Assembly: GCF_009914755.1 (NCBI RefSeq) | Contig: NC_060935.1 | DNA: 64,000 nucleotides | Strand: one strand, 5' to 3' | Source of the DNA: the human T2T-CHM13v2.0 reference genome, Homo sapiens | Shown: piece after piece, positions 13,487 through 24,799 of the stretch | Layout: the number at the start of each line of letters is the position of its first letter | How positions within the stretch are numbered: position 1 is the stretch's first letter | Made by a program: the position numbers and the translations under genes | The notes under the pieces: model-generated | Database searches by the model: none | The model's input: only the letters and a program-made list of their open reading frames with translations | What the model was told of the DNA's origin: nothing

Positions 13487-14158
13487 TGATTTAGCAATCG
13501 CTTTACAGGGTATTTATCCAAAGGATAGGGAATAGTTATATCAAAGGGATACCTGCACTCGCATGTTTACTGTAGCTCCATTCACAATAGCAAAGATATG
13601 GTGTCAAACTAAGTGTCCCACAGCAGATAAGTGAATAAAGAAACTGTGGTATATAGACACAGTGGAATAGTGTCCAGCCATAAAAACGATGAAATTCCTG
13701 TTGTTTTTAGCTACATGGAGGAAACTGGAAATCATTATGTTAAATGAGTGAAACAAGCCAGACACAGAAAGACAAGTATTGCTTGGTTGCCATATGCCCT
13801 ATGTGGGAATTAAAAGTTGATCTCATAGAGGGAGAGAGGAGAATGACAGAGGTTGGGAAGAGTGTTTATGTGGGGTGGGAGATGAAGAGAGCTTGGTGCA
13901 TGGGTACAAACATACAGTTAAATTGAAGAAATAAGTACCAATGTTTGATAGCAGAGTAGGGTGACTATAGTTAATAATAACGTATTGTACATTTCAAAAT
14001 AGTTAGAAGAGAGGATTTGAAATGTCACTACCACATAGAAATGATAAATACTTGAGAGGATGGATACCCTATATAGCTTGACTTTGATCACTACACATTC
14101 TATACATGTAACAAAATATGACATGTACCTCATAAAAATGTGTAAATATTATATCAAG
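13487..14158 (+). mobile_element. L1MA 3' end (ORF2 C-terminus plus 3' UTR)
   Basis: gggtatttatccaaagg...acctgcactcgcatgtttactgtagc...gggtacaaacatacagtta...gtagggtgactatagttaataataac...gaggatttgaaatg. Confidence 0.88.
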
Positions 14159-14499
14159 AATATCTTGACTGGCTGAAAATGTTGACAAATGACATTACTA
14201 ACAAATGATTGGTACTTTTCAGTGTTCCACTTTTATGAAACTACTATAAATGTTTATAAGAACTACTTTTATAGTACTACTTTCATAGTTCTTAACTACT
14301 TTTATAGTTCTTGTAAACATTAAGTGTTAATAGAGAATGTATTAAAAATATACTAACATATATTGAGCATTTTATATCTCAGTATGTTAGAGGCATTTTA
14401 TATGTTATAAAATACATACATTATAAATGTTATACATTATGTATAAAGTATATATGTTATAAAGATGCCTTATACACTAACTATATGTATATAGTAGTA

Positions 14500-14710
14500 T
14501 TATCTAATATTTGCTAAATATTTACTAGATTGCAGGCTCTATGCTAAGGGCCTGTTACTTATTTAATACTCATAGTAACCCTGTGATGTTGGTACTTATT
14601 GTTTCTTTTTTATAGGTTAAGAATATTTAATCTCAAAATAGTGAAATACCTCAGTCAAGGGTTCACACTACTTAGATAGCAGAAAAGTCTGACCCCAGAG
14701 CCTGTGCTTA
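14500..14710 (-). mobile_element. MIR
   Basis: aatatttactag...aggctctatgctaaggg...tttaatactcatagtaaccctgtgatgttggtac, antisense MIR pattern. Confidence 0.6.
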
Positions 14711-14739
14711 GAAGCATATTATGTGAAGTTGTAAGTTCT

Positions 14740-15180
14740 TATATTGTTATTTATAATAGTGAACATTTTGGAAATAAGTGTCAACAAAATTATGATACAT
14801 TCATAATGTTGAAGAATATGCAGTGGTTAAATATATTTATATATATATATATATATATGTCTACTAACATGGAACACAACTTCAGAATATATTAAGTGCG
14901 AGGAAGAGTTACAGAAAACAATGATCCATTTAAGTTTTAAAAATCCTATTATGTATGAAGAAAAAGGTAGATACATGCATATTGACTTGTAAAGCATAAA
15001 AAAGGTATGAAAAATGCATAGTAATTGTTAATAATTGTGTTTTTTTTTTTCCTCTATGGTCTTAAGTGGATAACAGGGAGGAGATCAAGGACTTTCTAAT
15101 AGTATTTTCTTTGTTTGGTAATGTTTGAGTTTCTTACAAAGATAATATTGTCTTATATTACCATTTTTAAAAATTTAAAA
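14740..15180 (+). mobile_element. L1ME-type 3' UTR fragment (contains direct repeat copy 2 at 14958-15103)
   Basis: gaatatgcagtggttaaat...ctaacatggaacacaacttcagaatatattaagtg...gttacagaaaacaatgatccattt. Confidence 0.55.
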
Positions 15181-15342
15181 CCACATTTTCTTTGGGAAAT
15201 ATGAACAGATTGTTTTGACTATGATTTCGTAGGAATTGTTGGTCTCTATGTAGTGCATGCAGAATGTTTGATATATGTAACGTCATTCCTAAAGGAAAGT
15301 GTCAAAATACTCTGTGAAATAGAACACAGTATACAATGTTAG

Positions 15343-15880
15343 TTTTGATTAGGGTATATATATGAGTACACATGACATAAGTATTATATTTGATTAGGGT
15401 ATGTATGTACACAGACATAAGTATTATATATAATACTTATTATATATTATACTTACATATATTATATATAATACTTACATATAATACATATATAATATAT
15501 AACTTATATATAATATATATAATACTTATATCTAATAAGTGTTATATATAATACTTATATCTAATAAGTGTTATATATAATACTTATATCTAATAAGTGT
15601 TATATATAATACTTATATATAAAAGTGTTATATGTAACACTTATATAATAATTATATATAAGTATTATATATAAGTGTTGTATATAATAATTATATATAA
15701 GTATTATATATAATACTTATATATAATTATTATATATAATACTTATATATTATATTTTTATAATTATATGATTAAGTATATTTTAATATTATTAATTATA
15801 TATAATACTTATGTCTGTATATATAATAATATTTGTTATGTGTATAAATATGTATTATATATTTTATATATAATACTTAA
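15343..15880. repeat. AT-rich minisatellite/low-complexity block with 29-bp units and a 56-bp perfect palindrome
   Basis: The unit ttatatataatacttatatctaataagtg recurs about 3 times at ~15513-15599; palindrome at 15681-15736; ~45-bp duplication tttgattagggtat...gacataagtattata at 15344/15388. Confidence 0.93.
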
Positions 15881-16699
15881 GATTGATTGTGTTAGAATTG
15901 ATGTGATTATTTGAACATTTGTATGACCAATTAACCTAATGACAAATAATTCCCCATATCTAAAATATTACAAATTATCTCCAAAAACATATATATTATT
16001 TTATGCATCAGTATGTTAAGATCAATGTGTTAAATAATGTCTCATCAAAATGTAATTTTATAGTCTACATTATGTTTAACTTTGATGGCTCTAAAATGGG
16101 TTAAATCTGTCAAACAGAGCAACTCCTAATTCCTTTCCCTCATACACATAATTCCCTATCCTAATCCTCCTCCAAAGAAGAAGTCTCCCTGAGTTTTGTA
16201 TCTACAAGTCCACTCTCTGACCCTCAGGTCGGAACGTGAGGCTCATATTTCTTTCCCTGTAATTCTTTCATGCACAAGTTTTATGGCCTCCACCTTGAGA
16301 TACCATTACCAGTGAAGCTGAGTTATTATGTACCAAACTGAAATGAGCCAGGAAATGTTTCTCACAATATTTCACAATTCCTAATGCAGGTATAGGCCCT
16401 GATAGAATCCCCAAAATTGCTATCAAAGTTCAAATTGAATGTGAACCATAGAATGCTTCAATTCACATAAGAAAGATCTATCATTGCTCTGCATTTGGCA
16501 TAGGGTTAATCTAAAACTGAGGTCTTAATTGGTTGACTTGCAGTTTAGATATCCATAAATAATGCAGATATGAATTTATCTGTAATCAGCCTTTTCTGTC
16601 TTTCAGCACCACAGGGTAGACCTTCTTTTCTTGTTCAATTGAAACAAATGTGAAAAGGCATATAGATAGTTTTTTTTTTTTTTTTACCATGTTCTATTC

Positions 16700-16855
16700 T
16701 TGTTTTTTTTGTCTTAACATTTTACTGGAGTGAAGTAGCACATACACAGAAAAGTGCACATATCATAGTATAGAGCACAATGATTTTCACACACTAAGCA
16801 CTCTGGTAACCAACACTCAGATGAATAAATCGGCAATTATCACCATCCCTGCTTA
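16700..16855 (-). mobile_element. L1M (L1MD/ME) 3' terminal fragment
   Basis: catacacagaaaagtgcacatatcatagtatagagcacaatgattttcacac, an antisense old-L1 3' end. Confidence 0.65.
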
Positions 16856-17030
16856 GTGTCATTCCTGTTCATGGAGGAATTTCAGAGAAGCTGCCACCAA
16901 AGCTTCCATACCTAAGTGAGTGTTTCTAAGGAGGAAGCCTGAAAGCTGTAAGCAAAACTCTACTTCTGTGCTCTGCCAGTTGCCACAGACACACTTATAT
17001 ATGCTTTCATCTGCGGATAGCAAATAATGC

Positions 17031-17897
17031 TGTGGCATAAGAGAAAATATATATTTGGTCTCTACACCTGTCTCTTGACATAGAGCTCCTAAAACCCCTG
17101 TAGTTCCCTGAGTGATAGGGTGCTAAGAGCATCCTTTGTTCAATTTGACCTTTGACCCTGGTTTGTGACATAGAGCTCCTTAACTTCTTGGAATTTCCCG
17201 GGTGATAAAAATATCTTTTGTTCTAATGAGGCAACACTTGGTAGGGTCCTGGATAGCTTCAAGTTGGGGGCTGGTTGCCAGGAAGACCAAGCCATGATTA
17301 GAAACTTGAAACTTTCAGCCTCAGAGACGCTGGGAATTGAGTTAGTAATCAATCATGCCTATGTGATGAAGCCTCCATAACAATCCCTCAACTACAGGTT
17401 CAGAGAACTTCTGGGCATTGAATATATTGATGTGCTTGGAGAGTGTCACATCACAACTCCTTGGGCACAGAAGCTCCTGTGCTCAGGAACCCTCAGTCCC
17501 CATTCTATGTACATACCTCTTCATCTGGCTGTTCATCTGTATTCTTTCTAATATCCTTTACAATACAGTGGTAAATTTAAGTAAATATTTGCTTGAGTTT
17601 TGTGAGCTGTTTTAGCAAATTATTTGACATGAGGAGGGTGAGAAGTTCTGATTTATAACTGGTTGGTCAGAAGTATAGGTGACAACCTGGATCTTGTGAT
17701 TGGCATTTGAAGAGGTAAACAGACTTGTGGGACTGAGCCCTTAATCTCTTGGATCTGCACTAACTCCAAGTAGTTGCAGAATTAAACTGTAGGACATCAA
17801 GTTGGTATCTGTACAGTTGGTGAGTCAGTTGGTGTGGGAAAACTTGATAAACATTTGGTGTCAGAAATGTTCTGTGGGTAAAAATAGGTTTCCTTTA
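17031..17897 (+). mobile_element. MER21-family LTR
   Basis: tgtggcataagagaaaatatatatttggtctct...gacatagagctcct (twice)...tgttctaatgaggcaacacttgg...gggactgagcccttaa. Confidence 0.85.
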
Positions 17898-18259
17898 AAT
17901 GGCTTCTCCTTCTCCCCAGTCTATCCAATTTTACCTGAGTGCCTTCCACTGAAGAATTAAAATAGAAAGCTATTAGAAAGGGTATATGGTAAATAATATT
18001 TTAAGGCTTTATACTACCACAATCAAACAACAGGTCTAGAAGAGTAGGCAAGATACTGATTATCAACAAACACAACTGGCACACTTTCTGAGTCTTCTGA
18101 AACCTAGAGAAATCATCTTTCATGGTGCGAACATGATTTACTGTTGATATGTCACTAATAGGGAGTGAAAAATTTGAAAAAAAATTAATATGTTGGGGTG
18201 TTTGATATTAACTATAGGAAGTCAAAAAGACTCACAATTTCCCCTTTGCATTTTAAATT

Positions 18260-19110
18260 TTTTAAAAAATTATACTTATTTTTAAAATTATGGATCAATA
18301 TTTACAAATGTGGAAAGACTGATAAGAGAAAATTCCAATGTCGCATCTTCCAATTTCAGTCTTACATCTGTACACCCCACCTTCTTCCACCTCTTCCTTA
18401 AGGATAATCGATACAAATGTAAAATATATGTACTTTAATCAATAGATATTTATTAGGGATATCTAAAATGTAAGACTTTTTAAACATAACCACAATATTG
18501 CTGTTTATTATGCCTAAAACATGTGTAAAGTTAATTGTTTAATAACACCAAATATTTTGGCAGTGTTTAAGTATCTCTATTTGATAATTTTTAAAAGAAT
18601 CAAGATCTTGATAAAATCTATACATTGCATTTGGATGATAAATTGCAAGAGTCTCCTTTACATAGTCTCTCTCTCTCTCTCTCTCTCCCTCCCCCACACA
18701 CACACCCCTCTCTCTCTCTCTCTCTCTCTCTCTAGAAGTTTATTTATTGACTATTCAGGTGGTTATGCACAGTATGGATTTGGTTGATTTCATCCCTGTG
18801 GTATTATTTAACATGTTTCTCTGTGCCATGTTACTGTTAAGAGCCTTGTCCAGATTCTGAAATGTGGTGCTGTGTACTAACACCAGGAGGCACATAATGT
18901 CTAGCTTTTTCTCCTTTGTGTTTTTAGCTGTTATTAGGTCATTATTTTTCTTGAAGTTGCAAAATGCTGACATTCTGACTCTACTATTCTTCGTTTAGAA
19001 TCTGGAGGAGAATTTTCACAACTTAATTAATTGGTTATCCTTAAGTACAGTTCACAATGGAAAAGGTGGATAGACTCTTGATTTTTTTTCTTTATGTATC
19101 AGTCCTCAAA
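18260..19110 (-). mobile_element. L1MC-type 3' region fragments
   Basis: aaacataaccacaatattg...atacattgcatttggatg...ttgtccagattctg, antisense L1MC pattern; includes a (CT)n(CA)n(CT)n compound repeat at 18666-18732. Confidence 0.5.
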
Positions 19111-20259
19111 TAGTTTTCTGGGACCTCAGATGTGGGCAATGTGTACTCAGTTCTAACACAATATTTAAGAGTTCTGTAACACTGAAAAAATTATGTTTCC
19201 TCTCTGTTGATATATAAATCTGGTGGAGATGTTTGAATAATTAGAAATAATTCACACAAGAAAATGCCTAGCTGACACTTTTGCATACAGTAAAAACTCA
19301 ATCCATTATTATAATCATTACTGTTTGTTTAAATACTCTATATGCAATGTTTACACATATGGCTTGAGGAAATAGGAGAAATATTGAACTATGTATTATA
19401 TAAATATATATAACATTATATATAACATATATGATATATAATACATATATATTATCTTATGTATGTTATATATAATATATATGCACAGAGAAAAAGAGCA
19501 CAGTAGAGTTACCAAAAGAAAAAATGTTTATTTGGGGAATGTGTTCTAAAACACTGGATTATTTTTATATTACATGTAAACAATAGCCATACTTCAAGCC
19601 CCTCTGCCATTTTTACTTGCCGTCTTCTCAGTGAAGAGATTTCAAAAATGCCAGTTTTTCAGACAGGAGAGGAGATAAAGGGTTTGAGATAGCAAAACAA
19701 TAGAGCTAAGAAATATAAACTTGGTCTAAGTCTTTTGACAAAATCTAGCATCAGCCTGAAAATTTATCATTCTTTTCAGTATATGTTTCATGTAAGCTTG
19801 TTAGAAAAGAAGAATAAGATTACGTATACAGATGGCTAACTCAGCAGGTGAGAGCTTGATTAATCTCAGGTCAAGACCTCATGTCTCCTACGGGCTCATT
19901 ATTTTCACACGTTTTCATGTCCACAGTGTACATATTTAACCCAGGTCAGTCATTTCATAAATGCTTATTCAGATTCATTCATAACGGGTAAATTCTTGAA
20001 GTTCTAACTCCACAATAAAAGAAAAACTTACAGCACATTCATAATAATATTGGATTTGTAGTTTCAATCACAAATTAAAACCAACAATAATGTTTTTATG
20101 CCCATTATCCATTGTCTCTATGTTAATGAATTCCATTGATCCATCAACTTATATTTAGGGTTTCTGATTGTCTATTTTGCTGACAAGTCAATACCTTCAA
20201 CTCATTGAAACCATGGAAAATTCATAAGATGTGCAATAGAGGTGAGTTGATGTCAGATG

Positions 20260-20820
20260 GCTATCTGATAATTCTTCCCACGTGTGGGTTACTCTGACTC
20301 TGAGTATCAAAAAGAAAAAGTCCATCTCTTCCTAGAGAACTGTGAGATTTTCAGCCTCTCTTGCAGCTAGATTGAGAGCATGTGATCTAGTTTTTCAAGT
20401 CAGTTTTTCCCACCTTAGACTTTGAATTGGAATTTAGGGCAAAAACCATAGAACACCAATTTTAGCAATAGTGGCAACATCACCAAGGCCCCAGGAATAG
20501 GAGCAGCAATAGTAGAAGCAGTGCAGTGCACAGGGAGAATACAGTATTTGGTGCTGACAGTGACAGAAGTGCAAGCTGGCATATGTGCTGTGCAGCAGCA
20601 GCAGCAGCCAGACAGTTCTCACAGAGCTGATATTTGATGTGGCAGCCAGTCTGCTGCTAACTGCAACCTGGCTTTTCCTCTTCTTGGCCATTTTTCCAAC
20701 CTGATTCTTCAATCTTCCTGACTCTTTTGTGTACTGCTTGCTGCCCTCTACATAAATATTCTGTTTAAATTAACAAGTTTGCTCCTGTTACACAAAACAA
20801 AGAATCTAACTGGCACAAGA
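20260..20820 (+). mobile_element. Ancient ERVL-type LTR (LTR33/40/41/50-group)
   Basis: ttttcagcctctcttgcagctag...gcatgtgatctag...agactttgaattggaa and a terminal ctgtta...caaagaatctaactggcaca. Subfamily uncertain. Confidence 0.45.
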
Positions 20821-21219
20821 AGTGATCACAGAAGCTCAAGAAAATGCAGACAATCTGAGATGGATTTTCTGGACAGAGTTGATGTGAAAAACACAACTAA
20901 CATTTGGGGAAATAATTCTGTTAATCCCTAGCATGCAATGGCTAAACGAATGTATTCCATGCTACGTGAACTCTAATCATCTGAATAGATGTTATAATAC
21001 CTTTCAATGAAATTAGCCAATTCTTACTATCCAAATTGAAAACCTGGTATAACAAACCTACAAGCAAGTTTCAGTGAAAACATTTAAATTGCATGGATAT
21101 TAATGTGAAAATATGCAGAGTATGTTGTAGTTTTACCTCAGTGATTTCCTCAATAAATTTTTGTCTTGTACTTGCATTTAAAAATATGATGTGTATTTTT
21201 TGCTATCATTTATTCCTAC

Positions 21220-22780
21220 ATGAGTAAGTTTAAAAAGTCTAACGAAGTAGAAATGCTGTGAAGAAAATAGGTGAGCCTAAGAGGCACCAAAATTATATAT
21301 TAGAAAAAACATTTGAGGTAATAAAGCATTTTAACAGAGGTGACTACTTAAAATACATGATCATGGCCATACACATATTCCCAATAACTGTTTAAGTGAG
21401 TTGTTTCTCAGCATGGGAAAATAAATAACAATTATGAAAGACAGCTATTGCTAGTTTTACCAGTGGAGGGTCTTGACTACGAGTCGTCCAGGTTCTTGGC
21501 ATTTTGAACAAAGAATTGGAAAAAGTACACAAACAAAGCAGTGAAAGAATGAAGCAACAAAAGCACAGATGTAATGAAATGAAAGTACACTCCACAGAGT
21601 GGGAGTAGGTTAGAGCAAGCGGCTCAAGAACTCTGGTTACAGAAATTTCTGGGGTTTAAATACCCTCTAGAGGTTTCCCATTGGTTAATTGGTTACACCC
21701 TATATAAATGAAGCAGTGGGCCATGACCAGTCTGATTGGTTGTGGGAGGGGGCCAATCAGAGGCTGAAGTAAAGTTACAAAATTATACATGAAGACTGGT
21801 TGGGGGAGGGGACCAATCAGAGATACTTTCCATTTTTTATTTGGGCAAGGGAGTAGCGTCTGATCCTTTTGTTACTTGGATGTGGAGAGGTGGGGTTTTC
21901 CTTCTGATTCAGTTCTAGGAGGTCAGCTCAGTGTTAGGTTCCCTGACTCCAGACCCTATTGTCCTGCCTCACTGGTTCTGGAAAATTTCAATATGTTACC
22001 TATATATGGCATATTAATTTTGAAAAAAAAATCAGAGAATTAACATGCCCAGTGCATGTGAACCACAATCAGTGTTGGCTGACCCTGAACATCATATTGG
22101 TACAGCAGAAAGTGCCAAACATATTTAAAGACCTGAATAAGGCCACGATAAAGGAGTATGGTGACTTAGCGAAGGAGCTGAGAAGTAGACTGAGTTAGGG
22201 TAGATTAAGGTATTTAAGAATCATGCAATGCTGCATGATTTGAAGATTATGGGTCAAGGAGTTTCTGCTGATAATGAGGCTGCAGTAGTCTATGAATTGC
22301 AAAATTCTACTGTTTCTGACTTCACGCCATTGGGGAAATGATTGACAAAAAGTAAGAACATCATAAATCTTGGTAAGAAGCTTGAATTTAGTGAGATGTC
22401 TAGAAATATGCTGATGAAATGTTGTCAACACATAGTGAATTGCTTACTATGAAGAAAGACATTCTACTTGATGCTTATCATTGGCCTAAGAAAGAAAAAG
22501 AAAGCCATAGCTGTATGTCATGTCTTTAAAAGAAACTACATTATTCAGAGCAATACGTACTGCTGAAATTGATCATAACATGAGCACTTGAAAATATCCA
22601 CTTTTCAAAAAGCAATTGTAAATGTAGGTAGCTTTTGTAATTGATCTTAAGCATAAATAATGCAAGCTGATAATCATTTTTAGTTTATTCATTTTTTTTT
22701 TCTTCAGAAAACCCACTTCTGTTATTTTAAGTGCCAAATGAGAATAATGTCCACCGTGCATTTTGATTTGACCTTGTACA
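21220..22780 (+). pseudogene. Decayed, internally deleted Tigger/pogo-type transposase, interrupted by a MER51 LTR
   Basis: 21252-21400 translates NAVKKIGEPKRHQNYILEKTFEVIKHFNRGDYLKYMIMAIHIFPITVLS (psq-type HTH pattern); ~22007 WHINFEKK (CENP-B HTH end); 22357-22448 NIINLGKKLEFSEMS / ADEMLSTHSELLT (Tigger C-terminal pattern). Contains frameshifts and stops; outer boundaries uncertain. Confidence 0.6.
21455..21971 (-). mobile_element. MER51-family ERV1 solo LTR
   Basis: Reverse complement starts tgaggcaggacaatagggtctggagtcagggaacctaa; several CCAAT/ATTGG boxes; flanks ctag/ctgg as a degenerate 4-bp TSD. Confidence 0.85.
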
Positions 22781-23224
22781 CTCTTTGGACAGTTTTAACC
22801 TCTCTTTTATCAATGCACTCCCAAGACTTCAGTGAACAGCAGGAAAAACCTACTTCCATCTACCTTCCCCCATCCCAAAGTTTATCAAGTTTTTCAAAGA
22901 TTATAGATTGGTATGACACATTAAGCAGCCTGGGGCTTTTGTGAGTTTAATTTAGTTAGTTAACTGAAACTAGATTCAACAGCACCTTGGACTACAGGAT
23001 ATGGAGATGACAAAAATTTCTTCATTTAAAGCATAGAAAGTAATCCATAGACTTGGGTATTAGGCACATGGAGCACAATTTCTATGTCTGAAAAAAGATT
23101 TTAGTTACTTAACCTCTTTAGTAGGTAAACAACCCCAAATAGAGGAGAAACGAAGTTCTGTATTTTCATTCCTCTTTCATTTTCTTTCAGTTTCATTTCT
23201 TCTACTGTTTTCTATAGCACATGC

Positions 23225-23390
23225 TTGGTAATAATTCTATGGTTAAAAAATATAAAGACATGATTTTGGCAATCATTTTGCAGTGTATATGTTTATCAAA
23301 ACATTATGTTGTATACTTTCAATATATAGAATTTTTATTTGTTAATGGTATTTCAATTAAGCAGGGAAAATATTTTACACAAAAATAAAA
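23225..23390 (+). mobile_element. L1M 3' terminal fragment
   Basis: tggcaatcattttgcagtgtatatgtttatcaaaacattatgttgtatactttcaatatatagaatttttatttg. Confidence 0.65.
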
Positions 23391-23404
23391 GAAACAAGTA
23401 ACTG

Positions 23405-23406
<2 letters not shown>

Positions 23407-23446
<40 letters not shown>
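23407..23446. repeat. (GT)20 microsatellite
   Basis: Uninterrupted GT run read directly. Confidence 0.97.
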
Positions 23447-23448
<2 letters not shown>

Positions 23449-23711
23449 CTATGAAGATGTATTGAGGTCAGAAGAAGTAATAAACATTTCTCTAGAGATC
23501 CTGGTGTTCTAGCTAAATGTAGTAACTGATGAAATTTTGAGTTGCTCTTCTTTGCAGAAGGTGAGAATGCATTTTGGTTTCATAAAGCATAGTGTATTAC
23601 ATTAGGACAGGGTTGCTTTATTTCATTTTCATTTTTGAAGTGGAACTATGTGAAAAGGTTTTGTATACTAGAGAGCCAAAAATAACAAATGCTTGGCAGA
23701 CAAATAGGTAT

Positions 23712-24285
23712 ATGGTGGTGGTCACTTATCATGTCCTCTATGACAAGCATCCAGTTCCCATTTTATGGATGGACAATTTCTTACTTGGAGCGTCAGTGGA
23801 GATACAGACTGCTTTCTACCATGCAAGCTGAAAATGCCAGATACCAGTTTTCTCAGGGCATGACATGAAATACTGGTTTTCTCAAACTGATTCACCAACT
23901 CTGGGCTTGAAATTGGGAGACAAGAGCAAAGAACCCATTCTGCCAGTGTGCAGCATTAGTTGCAGGGACAAATCCCAGAGGCGGCATAGCACAGTGTCCA
24001 GTGTTCAGTATTGCTAGCGGCAATTTAAACAGGTTGCTTATGTTCTGTGGAAACTGTAGCAGTCTCTTCATTGGACTAATGTTACTGAGTTTGACTGTGG
24101 TCCTATCTGATGACTGTCCTACTTTGTTCCTGCCCAATTTTCCAGGCATGATTCCCTAGCCTTCCTGAAATTTCCTGAGTTATTCAATACACTTTGATAA
24201 ATATATATTTTCTTTGATAAATATATATTTGATAAATACATGCCTGGGCCAATATCTATAGCTAATAAATAGGAATAATGACAGA
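23712..24285 (+). mobile_element. Ancient ERVL-type LTR fragment
   Basis: gcaagctgaaaatgccagatac...ctctgggcttgaaattgggag resembles LTR33/LTR50-class LTRs. Very diverged. Confidence 0.4.
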
Positions 24286-24799
24286 TTCTGGGTCCTAAAA
24301 AGTGGCCTAAAATCTATGAATAGACAATAAATGTGCACTATCAGAGAACTTTCAAAAATAGGAGACTAAATATCTGATCTGTAGTTACATGTGCTAAGCT
24401 GGAAGCTAAGATTCTCACCAAGCTAACAAGTCATGGATCCATTAGGAAATATAATCCATACTTAGCTGATATTTTGAAATGAGACTTTATAGTTGACAAA
24501 GGTAAGGGAACCAGCAAGACATGATGAGGCCCTAGAAACCAGCAGCAGTAAGAAAAAGCTCCATTGAGTGAAGGGGAGGAAAGAGTTACCAGAGCCATGT
24601 GAGCACTGACATTAGGAAAGAGTGTAATCTGGTAGGAGCTATAGTTACAAAAAGACAAAATTATACCGAAAAATATAGAATAGGCAGGTAGTGGGGCTAG
24701 CAGGAAAAAAAAAATCTGACTGTCATTCATTCCCCCAGGCTTCCAATCTTCTGTTGGTGCCTCCAACACCATTGTTGCTGGAATATGTTACCTAAATTG

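Noticed and set aside
15513-15630. Regularly spaced 29-bp direct repeats, CRISPR-like at first glance
   Set aside because: The units are contiguous with no unique spacers, there are no cas genes, and the context is primate DNA; it is a minisatellite.
20592-20608. (CAG)5 run
   Set aside because: Too short to matter and lies within an old LTR-like sequence.
24192-24238. Short tandem duplication tttgataaatatatatttt (similar micro-duplications at 11979, 26780, 27960 and 50077)
   Set aside because: Ordinary replication-slippage events with no further structure.
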